64,000 bases of DNA from Silicimonas sp. Its GTDB lineage: Bacteria; Pseudomonadota; Alphaproteobacteria; Rhodobacterales; Rhodobacteraceae. Below are positions 56,294-64,000 of this stretch, in pieces. Position numbers and translations under genes: made by a program. Within the stretch, counting starts at the first letter, position 1, and each line of letters opens with the position of its first letter. The DNA lies in contig JAJDUZ010000040.1 in NCBI GenBank assembly GCA_022826385.1, forward strand, positions 1,706-65,705, read 5' to 3'. The notes below the pieces were generated by a model. It searched no databases, was not told the DNA's origin, and worked only from the letters and a program-made list of their open reading frames with translations.

Positions 56294-57502
56294 ATGCCAG
56301 ATTCCGCACCGGATCCCAAGGTGGAAGACGTTCTTTCGTCCGTCCGACGCCTTGTATCGCAGGAACTTCCGAAGCGTTCCGCGCCAAAACCGGCTGTGGA
56401 TCCCGGTGCTTTGGTGTTGACCTCGCAGGACCGGATCGAAGCGGATCCGACCGTCCGCACCGCGGAACGCACACTTGAACAGCGAATCGCCGAGTTGGAA
56501 GCCGCCGTCGATAGTGGCTTGGACGAGTTCGAACCGGACGGCAGCGAGGATCAGGCGCAACACCGGCCCGACCGGATCGTCTATACCCGGCCTCGCCCTT
56601 CGGAAGAGGGCGTGCGGAACAGGAACTCGACCCTGCGCCTGAGCGAGATCGCCCTCATCGAGACTGGTCCGGCGAACGATGTCGAGCCGACAAGCGATGC
56701 GCCTTTGCAATTCCGCCATGGTGGCGCACCGGCTGCGAACGAAGCGCCGATGGCCGAAGACGTGCCGACGCTGCCGGCGCAACCCGCCGAGGTCCGCGCT
56801 TTCTCGGATCCGGACGACGTGGTGGCTCGGATCGAAGCCCGGATCGAACGCGGCGGCGAAGCCGAACCCGACGCGCCCGTCACGCCGCAAGGGGCATCTT
56901 CGGATGAAGACTTCGATGATGATCTGACCGCGGCCGTGCGCGAGTCGCTCGCTGCCGCAGAGCGCGAGGCGCAGGACGCATCGGACACCCTTGAAGATAA
57001 GGAACTGGGGCAGGCCAGTGAAGCTGCCGCAGTGGCGACCGGGCCGAGTTCCAAGGCAGACCGTCAGACGCCGGACGTGATCGAGGCCGAAACAACCGCA
57101 CAAGCGACCGAGCCGAAGGCGAGTGTGGCAACCGAGACGCCGCGGCAGGTCGAGGCCAAGGTGCCGGAAGCGGCCCAACACGAAGACGAGGTCGTCGCAA
57201 GCGAAGAGCCAGTTGCCGAATCTTCGGCGCTGCCCGATGCGACCGTGACGCCGTCGTCAGAGGAACCGGCCGCGGACACACCGCAATCGGACACGCCGGT
57301 AGAAGGCGCTGCTGAGACCCCGGCCGAGGCGGCGGCAGTCGCTCTCGGCGCGTTGCCCGACGACGAGGCGATGCGGCTTCTGGTGGCGCGCCTGCTGCGA
57401 GAAGAGTTGAGCGGCGAACTTGGTGAGCGGATTACCCGAAATGTGCGCAAACTGGTGCGCCGCGAAGTGCACCGTCTGTTGGATTCGCGTGAACTCGATT
57501 GA
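56294..57502 (+). CDS. PopZ-like / DUF2497-type acidic Pro/Ala/Glu-rich protein
   Basis: N-terminal …VEDVLSSVRRLVSQE… resembles the PopZ MEEILASIRRIISED motif as I recall it. It has a long acidic low-complexity middle region and a conserved charged helical C-terminus. Position after pcm-tolC. Confidence 0.5.
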   Translation: MPDSAPDPKVEDVLSSVRRLVSQELPKRSAPKPAVDPGALVLTSQDRIEADPTVRTAERTLEQRIAELEAAVDSGLDEFEPDGSEDQAQHRPDRIVYTRPRPSEEGVRNRNSTLRLSEIALIETGPANDVEPTSDAPLQFRHGGAPAANEAPMAEDVPTLPAQPAEVRAFSDPDDVVARIEARIERGGEAEPDAPVTPQGASSDEDFDDDLTAAVRESLAAAEREAQDASDTLEDKELGQASEAAAVATGPSSKADRQTPDVIEAETTAQATEPKASVATETPRQVEAKVPEAAQHEDEVVASEEPVAESSALPDATVTPSSEEPAADTPQSDTPVEGAAETPAEAAAVALGALPDDEAMRLLVARLLREELSGELGERITRNVRKLVRREVHRLLDSRELD

Positions 57503-57521
57503 CACGCGCGCCGGGTGATAG

Positions 57522-58091
57522 ATGAACACACCCGCGCATCTCCTTGTTGGAACTGCAATTTTTGGCCGCCCGGATCTGCGTGGCACCTATCTGGCTGCGC
57601 TGATGGGTGCGATGGCGCCGGACGTTTCGCTTTACGTCATGGTGGCCGTGTCGATCTGGGGCATGGGTGTCCCGGCGCAGACGGTGTTCCGGGAGTATTA
57701 CTATTCCGACGCCTGGCAATCCGTCTTCGCGGTCGACAACAGTTTCATCCTTTGGGGGCTGCTTTTCGCCGTTGCCTTCTGGCGGGTCTGGCCGAAGCTG
57801 ATCGCCTTCGCCGGGGCAGGGCTGATGCATCTGGCGTTGGATTTTCCGCTGCACACGCATGACGCGCGGATGCATTTCTGGCCGGTGACCGATTGGGTGT
57901 TCGAAAGCCCGATCAGCTATTGGGACCGTGCGGCCCATGCTGGCGTCGTCGGCCCAATGGAGTTCGGGTTGTCGCTGGGCTGCGCCTTCCTGCTCTGGTG
58001 GCGGTTCCGGGACCGGTTGGTCTGGATTGCGACCGGGGTTTTCCTGCTGCTTGAAGGGTTGAGTTCCGGCGTCTGGCAGTTCGTGTTCTGA
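57522..58091 (+). CDS. Integral membrane protein, possibly a YdjM/DUF457-type metal-dependent hydrolase
   Basis: N-terminal NTPAHLLVG and later His-rich …HLALDFPLHTHD…. 189 aa. Confidence 0.45.
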   Translation: MNTPAHLLVGTAIFGRPDLRGTYLAALMGAMAPDVSLYVMVAVSIWGMGVPAQTVFREYYYSDAWQSVFAVDNSFILWGLLFAVAFWRVWPKLIAFAGAGLMHLALDFPLHTHDARMHFWPVTDWVFESPISYWDRAAHAGVVGPMEFGLSLGCAFLLWWRFRDRLVWIATGVFLLLEGLSSGVWQFVF

Positions 58092-58120
58092 GTGCCGGTG
58101 CCCGTGCCGGGCAGACCGCG

Positions 58121-58450
58121 TCAGGGCATCAGGAAGCGCTGCTTCTTGGCGGATTTTTCGTGAGACCGGGGGCGGTGAAGGCTGCGATTGACGGCACCCA
58201 GTGTTTGCAAGTCCAGCGCCTGTTCGAACGAGACGCCGGAATATCCTTCACGGGTCCAAATCACCCGGGCTGCATGGGATTTGCCCTGGATGTGAAGCGT
58301 AACCTCGGTGGCGGGCGTCAGATTGCCGACCTCCAACCGCAACTGCGCGCCTTTTTCTGTGACATTGACAATATCGGCGTGCTTCTTTCCCCATTCGGTG
58401 TCGAGGACGACCCGAAACACGGTCACACGGCGACGTTGGCGATACTTCAT
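58121..58450 (-). CDS. PilZ-domain protein (c-di-GMP receptor type)
   Basis: RQRRR … NVTEKGAQL corresponds to the RxxxR / (D/N)xSxxG PilZ motifs. 109 aa from MKYRQRRR. Confidence 0.65.
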   Translation of the reverse strand: MKYRQRRRVTVFRVVLDTEWGKKHADIVNVTEKGAQLRLEVGNLTPATEVTLHIQGKSHAARVIWTREGYSGVSFEQALDLQTLGAVNRSLHRPRSHEKSAKKQRFLMP

Positions 58451-58491
58451 GCCGCCAACGTAGGCCCACAAATGTTAAAGTTGCCCTAATC

Positions 58492-59778
58492 TCAAAGTGT
58501 TTCGATCCGCAGTGCGACCGGGTCCGAGGCCAGCACGCCCGTCGCGGGCATCGCCGCAATGGCGGCGTCCAGCGCGTCTTTTGACGTTTTGTGCGTCACG
58601 ATCAGCACCGGAGCGCGTTCCGAGCTGTGGCCGTATTGGCGCATACGGTCGATCGATATCCCCGACTCGCCCATGACCGACGCGATCCGCGCCAAGGCAC
58701 CCGGTTTGTCGAACAGTTCCATCCGCAGGTAATAGGCGGACGGCGTGTCCTGCGTGCTGGCTTGAACCGTCTTCAGGCTGCTCGCCGGCACGCCGAAGAC
58801 AGGCAGGTCCAATCCGCGCGCGATATCACAGACATCCGCCATCACGGCGCTTGCGGTCGGGCCTTCACCGGCGCCCGCACCTCGCAGAACGATCTGGCCG
58901 ACGCTGTCGCCTTCCAGCACGACCATGTTGGTCGGCCCTTCCAGCTGTCCAAGCGGCGAGCTTTCCGGCACGAGGCAGGGGGTCATCCGCGCCTCGAACC
59001 CGCGGCCCGAGTTCTGCGCAACGCCCAGAAGCTTGATCCGATAGCCCATATCGGCGGCCTGCTCGATATCCTCGATGGTGATCCGCTCGATCCCCTCGAT
59101 GGTCAGCGCGTCGTAATCGACCCGCGTGCCAAAGGCGATCGCGGCAAGGATGGCCAGCTTGTGCCCGGCGTCGATCCCGCCCACGTCAAGCGTCGGGTCG
59201 GCCTCCAGATAGCCCAGTTCCTCGCATTCCTTGAACACGGTGTCATAGTCCAGGCCGGCCGATTGCATCCGCGTCAGGATATAGTTGCAGGTGCCGTTCA
59301 TCACGCCCATCACGCGGGTGATCTCGTTGCCCGCAAGCCCTTCGGTCAGGGCCTTGATGACCGGGATGCCACCGGCAACGGCGGCTTCATAGCGAAGTGC
59401 AACGCCAGCTGCTTCGGCGGCTTCCGCCAGTGCTTGTCCGTGCATTGCCAGAAGCGCCTTATTGGCCGTGACCACATGTTTGCCAGCGCCAATGGCGGCT
59501 TCGACCGCCGCCTTGGCCGGACCCTCGTCGCCGCCGATAAGCTCGACGAATACGTCCACATCGTCACGGGTGGCCAGTGCGACGGCGTCGTCTTCCCATG
59601 CATAGTCGCCCAGTCGCACACCGCGATCCTTGTCGCGCGACCGCGCCGAGACCGCGCTGATCGTGATATCGCGCCCGGTCCGTGCCGTCAGCAGCGCGGC
59701 CTGACGCTGAATGATGCGAACGGTTCCGACACCGACGGTGCCAAGACCCGCGATGCCAAGACGAAGAGGCGTGGACAT
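58492..59778 (-). CDS. hom: Homoserine dehydrogenase
   Basis: N-terminal LRLGIAGLGTVGVG Rossmann fold, catalytic domain and C-terminal ACT domain. 428 aa. Confidence 0.92.
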   Translation of the reverse strand: MSTPLRLGIAGLGTVGVGTVRIIQRQAALLTARTGRDITISAVSARSRDKDRGVRLGDYAWEDDAVALATRDDVDVFVELIGGDEGPAKAAVEAAIGAGKHVVTANKALLAMHGQALAEAAEAAGVALRYEAAVAGGIPVIKALTEGLAGNEITRVMGVMNGTCNYILTRMQSAGLDYDTVFKECEELGYLEADPTLDVGGIDAGHKLAILAAIAFGTRVDYDALTIEGIERITIEDIEQAADMGYRIKLLGVAQNSGRGFEARMTPCLVPESSPLGQLEGPTNMVVLEGDSVGQIVLRGAGAGEGPTASAVMADVCDIARGLDLPVFGVPASSLKTVQASTQDTPSAYYLRMELFDKPGALARIASVMGESGISIDRMRQYGHSSERAPVLIVTHKTSKDALDAAIAAMPATGVLASDPVALRIETL

Positions 59779-59873
59779 GGGTGTTCTCCAGACTTTTCCG
59801 GGCTTTATCGTGTCCGGGGAGGGGGCGCAAATTTCTTTGGGGGTTTCGGTGGATTTTTTGGCGTTAGTCGCGC

Positions 59874-60212
59874 TTAGGGGTTCAGTCTTGCCCGCAGCGC
59901 GTCAAGATCGCTTGCGTCGCTGCGCAGGACAGTTGCGCGGTTCGAAAGCGTGGTGCTGCGGCTTGAGCTGACAGTGGCCGAGCGGGCGCGAAGTGCGGCG
60001 GCGCGGGCCCGAAGGGCGTCCGCACGCTCGGCCAGCGACGCGTTCTGGTCCGTCGGTGCCGTTGGGATCTGTCCGGTTTCCAGCAAGGCGTCCAGTGGCA
60101 GAAGCTCGGGCCAGTCTTGCGATCCGCGCGCCGCCGACGGCCCGCCCGCGTCCGGCCACGTGCCGCAGGCGGTCAGATAGAGGAAACACAGAAGAGTAAG
60201 GCCGCGCCGCAT
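59874..60212 (-). CDS. Small lipoprotein with an Ala/Arg-rich helical tail
   Basis: MRRGLTLLCFLYLTAC lipobox. ATG 60212 is chosen inside the track ORF. Confidence 0.5.
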   Translation of the reverse strand: MRRGLTLLCFLYLTACGTWPDAGGPSAARGSQDWPELLPLDALLETGQIPTAPTDQNASLAERADALRARAAALRARSATVSSSRSTTLSNRATVLRSDASDLDALRARLNP

Positions 60213-60316
60213 GGGGAGAGCATATCGCTCGTAACATGTCATTGCCAGATGGTTGGGGCTGGTCTCGGCGGAGCACTGCGTATAGGTCCGCATCAGCGAA
60301 CAGGGAGACAGGCCAT

Positions 60317-60805
60317 ATGCCGCTCGACAAGGAAAGCGATGTCCTTTTGACACTTGCCCCCTCACTGGGGCGGCGCCTGTTGGGGGCTGTCAGCCTTGCC
60401 GTGCTGGGCCTTCTGATGGCGCCGCTGATCTTCGAGGCGACGGGCATCTGGGCGCTGATGTTCGTGGTGCTGACCGTGGCGGTTCTTGTGGCGGCGTGGC
60501 GGCTTTGGGAGGCAACTGGCGATCACCTCGAATTGACGCGAGACGAGTTGCGGACAGCCAGCGGTCGGGTTTTGACGCCCATTCAAAACGTCGAAAGCAT
60601 CGATCGCGGTGTTTTTGCGTTCAAACCCTCGAACGGGTTTCTCATCAAGCTGACGGAGCCGGTCGGGCGTGGCTGGTGCCCGGGGCTCTGGTGGCAGCGT
60701 GGGCGGTTCATCGGCGTTGGCGGTGTGGTGCGCGGCGGCGAGGCGCGCGCGATGGCCGAGGTGATCATGGCGTTGAAAGACGGGACGCTGGACGAGTTGT
60801 TCTGA
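60317..60805 (+). CDS. Hypothetical two-TM membrane protein (162 aa)
   Basis: ATG 60317 follows AGGGAGA. Two TM helices and then a soluble domain. No family recognised. Confidence 0.5.
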   Translation: MPLDKESDVLLTLAPSLGRRLLGAVSLAVLGLLMAPLIFEATGIWALMFVVLTVAVLVAAWRLWEATGDHLELTRDELRTASGRVLTPIQNVESIDRGVFAFKPSNGFLIKLTEPVGRGWCPGLWWQRGRFIGVGGVVRGGEARAMAEVIMALKDGTLDELF

Positions 60806-60881
60806 ACCGGTGCTGCCCGGACGAAAAACGCCCCGAGCGTATGAGCCGGGGCGTTCTGAAAAGCTTCAACTGTAGGCTGGC

Positions 60882-61469
60882 TCAGGTGCCCGCGCCGCCC
60901 GCCGGTGTCAGGCAGCCAACCGTCGTCTGCCAGCAGATCTTGGGCGAGAAGCGCGGACGCGCCAGCGCGATTTCGCTGAACTGATAGGTGGCAAGGCCCA
61001 CGGCAAAGGCCGGCGACCATTCCTTTACACTTTCGACCACGACAAGCTGTTCGCCGGCCGAGATGCCGGGAATGCGGTCTTCGATCGGGTCGATCTCGGT
61101 CAAGGCATCGTAGTTCACACCTTCGGACCAAACCAGTTCAAGCGCGTCAACGCCGGTGAGGGGATCGGTGACCATCTCCACGACCGAGATTCGCAACGCA
61201 GCCGGTCCGCCTCCGCCGCCGCTGGCGAGGTAGTAGTAAATCTCGTACATCGACTTGATGTAGTCATCATCAACGGCCGCTTCCTCGCGCGAGATCATGT
61301 CAGCGACGGTATAGGTCGCCTTCTGCGTGATGTTCAGCGTTTTGAACGCATCGAAGAAGACAAAGGTCGCCGTGATGGCCCAAGCCAGGATCGGCACGGC
61401 AAAGCAGGCTTCGACAGACAGGCTGCCGTTCTCGTTGCGGAGAAATCGAAGGGTGGGGGACTTGATCAT
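60882..61469 (-). CDS. TadE-like pseudopilin/pilus-assembly protein
   Basis: N-terminal …NENGSLSVEACFAVPILAWAITATF… (TadE-type prepilin-like hydrophobic segment). 195 aa. Confidence 0.6.
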   Translation of the reverse strand: MIKSPTLRFLRNENGSLSVEACFAVPILAWAITATFVFFDAFKTLNITQKATYTVADMISREEAAVDDDYIKSMYEIYYYLASGGGGGPAALRISVVEMVTDPLTGVDALELVWSEGVNYDALTEIDPIEDRIPGISAGEQLVVVESVKEWSPAFAVGLATYQFSEIALARPRFSPKICWQTTVGCLTPAGGAGT

Positions 61470-61485
61470 CCTGTTTCTCCTCGCC

Positions 61486-62151
61486 TTACGTGTTGCTTGG
61501 GTCAGTGGTGCCGTCGCCGGACCCATCGCCCGAGCCATCGCCCGAGCCGTCGTCGCCGTCCGGATCCCACGGGGCCGCCTGCGCCCGCGTGCCCGGTTCG
61601 GTCACAAAGGCCGAGGTCGCCACGATCGCATAGTTGCCGCCAAGCTGGTCATCCTGCAGCCCAAGGCCGATGCCGGTGGTGGGGAAGAACGGCGACACCG
61701 CCGCGCAGACCTGCACCATCATCGTGTTGATCTGGCCGACATTGTAGTCGTCCGAGCCGAATTGCGGGCCGTCCTCGTCAAACCGGTTGAGACAGCGCGG
61801 TTCTCCGACCACGGCGGCAACCGCACCGGGCGTAATGTCGATCTCTTCCATATAGACGTGGATCGTGTCGCTGCAGTTCGGAATAATCACTGCGCTTTCG
61901 CAGATCTGGGCGATCACGCGGTCATAGCCGGGCACACGCCCGTTGCCGAGACGGATTTCCCGCACCGAGATGTCCACGGCCCGTTCAAGCAACACGGTGC
62001 GCACCATGTAATAGCCCGACTCGAAGCCCATCAGGAAAATCGACATGAAGAGCGGGAACAGGAACACGAACTCGATCGTCGCATTGCCATCCTCGCGCTT
62101 GCGGAACATCCGCAATCTCTTGAAACGGGAACTCATGAACAGGCGCCTCAC
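61486..62151 (-). CDS. TadE-like protein with a C-terminal (GSGD)n tail
   Basis: …REDGNATIEFVFLFPLFMSIFLMGFE… TadE motif. Tail is DPDGDDGSGDGSGDGSGDG. GTGA overlap with the upstream gene (alternative ATG 62136). Confidence 0.65.
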   Translation of the reverse strand: MRRLFMSSRFKRLRMFRKREDGNATIEFVFLFPLFMSIFLMGFESGYYMVRTVLLERAVDISVREIRLGNGRVPGYDRVIAQICESAVIIPNCSDTIHVYMEEIDITPGAVAAVVGEPRCLNRFDEDGPQFGSDDYNVGQINTMMVQVCAAVSPFFPTTGIGLGLQDDQLGGNYAIVATSAFVTEPGTRAQAAPWDPDGDDGSGDGSGDGSGDGTTDPSNT

Positions 62152-63908
62152 TGGGTCAGTCTCAGCTTGGTGATCTCGGCTGCAATGGCCTCGAACGTTT
62201 TGGTCAGTTGATCACCGGTGGTCTGGAAGAAGTTGCCGGGCGTCCGCAGGACGCAATCCTGCAGGGCCTGTACACCACCATCCGGGGCTTCGAAGGCAAC
62301 CGCATAGACCGTCATGTGGTCGATGGCTTTGTCGCAGATCCGCGCCAGACGACCGTCCGCCGTGCCGTTGCTGCCGGTGTCTTCGACCGCGTTGCGATGC
62401 GCGGTATAGGCGTCACTGTCCGAGTGCTGGAAGAAGAACTCGGCGGCATCCTTGACCGTGAACCGTTCGTAGAGCCGGTGATAGGTCCACTGCTTGACCT
62501 TGTCGGGGTCGATGGTCGACTCGAAATCCGTCTCCGAGAGATACTCGTCGTCATCGGTGCCGAACGGTGATTTCGGGCGATACCAGCGCTGACTGGCGGC
62601 ATTTTCGGGCATTTCAACAAGAAAGCCGTCGTATTCGTCATCTTCGCCCAGCTCTTCCGAGTACCAGATCCGGGTCGGGCCCGACTTGAACTCGTCCTTC
62701 AGATCGTTGTGGCGCGTGTTGGCGCCGTCGGTCATCAGCACGACGTATTTGAACACGTTCGGTGTGCCGTAATCGACCGGGTGACCGGCCACGTTCTGTG
62801 GCACCAGGTCGACACTCAGGTCCGGGTCGTTGGTGTCAGCCAGCATGTCCTGCACGATCGGGCGGAATTCGGGATCAAGCACGCCGACGGCCCATTTCAT
62901 GCCATAGTCGATCGCAGTCCAGCCCGAGGCCGTCAGGCTGTCGATGTATTCGTGCAACTTGAGCTCGTTGTTCTGATAGAGCAGCACTTCCGGATACCCT
63001 TCGCCGCACCAGAAGTTACGGGCGCTGGGTTGTGCATAGTCGCGGTCGCGGTCCGAAAACTTGGCCGAGGGGTTCAAGTCGCCGGTCGCGGAAAGCGTCC
63101 GATGATCGAAATCCGCATCGAGGAAGGTCGCACAGCGGGCGTTCGGGTTATGCGTATTGAAGGCCGCAACCGCGCCGGGATGCGCCGGCGCCGGGTCATA
63201 CTCGGTGTAAGTATTGTCCCAGGTGAATGCACCTTCGAGGTCTTTGTCGATCCGCGCCACAAGGTCTTCGCTGATCTGCACCTGGCCGTTGTAAGGAATG
63301 ATCGAGATCATGACGCGGTCTTCGCCATTGTTCTGGATCAGGGTCGTCACGAACGATTTGGCCGCCGACTTCATTTCTTCAAGCTTTGTGCCCCAGCCCA
63401 TCGAGCCCGAGATGTCCAGCACCAGCGCAACCTCGGTCAGCTGCTGGCCCTCGCGGGCGCCGCCGCCGACGATACCGGGCAGGCTGTCGATGCCGAGCAT
63501 GTTCATAAAGGCCGTATCCATGTCGAAATCGACAACAGCTGACACGGTCCGCAGGGTTTCCTCGTCGCCGCCGGCGGGAATTTCGATATTCGGAACGACC
63601 GTGACGATGTCGGGGTCGTACCCGGCCTTGGTGAAATAGTCTTTCACCAGTGCTTCGACCTTGGCGTTTGTATTCGCGTCCTGGTTCAGCCGCGTTGCCG
63701 CAACCACGGCCGTGTCCAATGTGTTCTGCACGCCCACGCGTTGATGCTCATACCGCATCATGTCCACGGCAAGGCCCGAGATCATCAGGATCATCAGGAA
63801 GATGAAAAGACCAAAGACGGTCAGCGATCCGGCATCGTCGGCCTTGAAGCCGCCTGCCGCTTTTGTAACCCCGTTCCCACTCAGTCGATACTTCGAATTC
63901 GAGCGCAT
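62148..63908 (-). CDS. TadG-like N-terminal anchor fused to a von Willebrand factor A domain
   Basis: …AGSLTVFGLFIFLMILMISGLAVDMMRYE… (TadG-type N-terminus), and a vWA MIDAS motif ALVLDISGSMGW. ATG 63908 is chosen inside the track ORF. Confidence 0.75.
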   Translation of the reverse strand: MRSNSKYRLSGNGVTKAAGGFKADDAGSLTVFGLFIFLMILMISGLAVDMMRYEHQRVGVQNTLDTAVVAATRLNQDANTNAKVEALVKDYFTKAGYDPDIVTVVPNIEIPAGGDEETLRTVSAVVDFDMDTAFMNMLGIDSLPGIVGGGAREGQQLTEVALVLDISGSMGWGTKLEEMKSAAKSFVTTLIQNNGEDRVMISIIPYNGQVQISEDLVARIDKDLEGAFTWDNTYTEYDPAPAHPGAVAAFNTHNPNARCATFLDADFDHRTLSATGDLNPSAKFSDRDRDYAQPSARNFWCGEGYPEVLLYQNNELKLHEYIDSLTASGWTAIDYGMKWAVGVLDPEFRPIVQDMLADTNDPDLSVDLVPQNVAGHPVDYGTPNVFKYVVLMTDGANTRHNDLKDEFKSGPTRIWYSEELGEDDEYDGFLVEMPENAASQRWYRPKSPFGTDDDEYLSETDFESTIDPDKVKQWTYHRLYERFTVKDAAEFFFQHSDSDAYTAHRNAVEDTGSNGTADGRLARICDKAIDHMTVYAVAFEAPDGGVQALQDCVLRTPGNFFQTTGDQLTKTFEAIAAEITKLRLTQ

Positions 63909-64000
63909 CCTGCGACCTCTTCTAAATGACTCAAGTATCCGGAGAAAAAGACCGAACACACACATACACCCGACATTAATAAATTCGAAATATGGCCAAA

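Noticed and set aside
61510-61560. Short 12-bp DNA repeats (CCATCGCCCGAG-type) at the 3' end of the TadE-like gene
   Set aside because: They simply encode the (GSGD)n low-complexity tail. There is no independent evidence of a regulatory or phase-variable role.

Overview
This is a GC-rich (roughly 63-65% by eye), densely coding chromosomal segment. It looks alphaproteobacterial and Rhodobacteraceae-like; that inference rests on gene content such as Hint-domain/RTX proteins, orphan TadE/TadG genes and pcm-tolC-PopZ-like synteny. I support about 60 protein genes and one tRNA (tRNA-Cys, 53938..54011, minus strand). I found no rRNA, CRISPR array, transposase or integrase.

Gene order:
- partial ROK regulator and an FrcBCA-like sugar ABC transporter
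- APH-family kinase
- CueR-controlled Cu(I) P-type ATPase
- DUF3047 protein
- a 680-aa RTX-repeat protein ending in a Cys-first Hint (bacterial intein-like) domain
- ICMT-like methyltransferase
- PntAB transhydrogenase
- small exported protein
- PA14-passenger autotransporter
- RluE
- an oxidoreductase, a membrane protein and a HisC-like aminotransferase
- DUF6428/ArsR divergent pair
- class-V aminotransferase
- PTP-like phosphatase translationally coupled to an MsbA-like ABC exporter
- GT2 glycosyltransferase, YgfZ and a thiolase
- OxyR-KatG
- kynureninase, GntR regulator and AbrB-type membrane protein
- NIT/PAS chemoreceptor
- a complete phenylacetate (paa) catabolon at 38.6-52.2 kb
- a ~1.7-kb lower-GC islet next to tRNA-Cys
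- pcm-tolC-PopZ-like genes, a PilZ protein and hom
- an orphan TadE/TadE/TadG-vWA cluster at the window edge

The most unusual content is in the paa catabolon:
- PaaZ is cut into its ALDH and MaoC halves by a single in-frame TGA.
- paaG is frameshifted by a 13-bp tandem duplication.
- A DUF3291 gene is translationally coupled between paaA and paaB.
- Three tandem 28-bp repeats, each carrying an SD-like motif plus ATG, sit immediately upstream of paaA.
- Both a PaaX-like and a TetR (PaaR-like) regulator are present, each with a candidate operator.

Secondary items:
- CtrA-type boxes in an intergenic region that has no gene 5' end
- a strong orphan terminator, a (CA)9 microsatellite and a palindrome upstream of a thiolase gene
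- twin identical operators for an ArsR with a C-terminal CC-x8-CC motif
- a 17-nt element shared by two promoter regions

All calls come from reading the sequence and from remembered family signatures. No database search was run.
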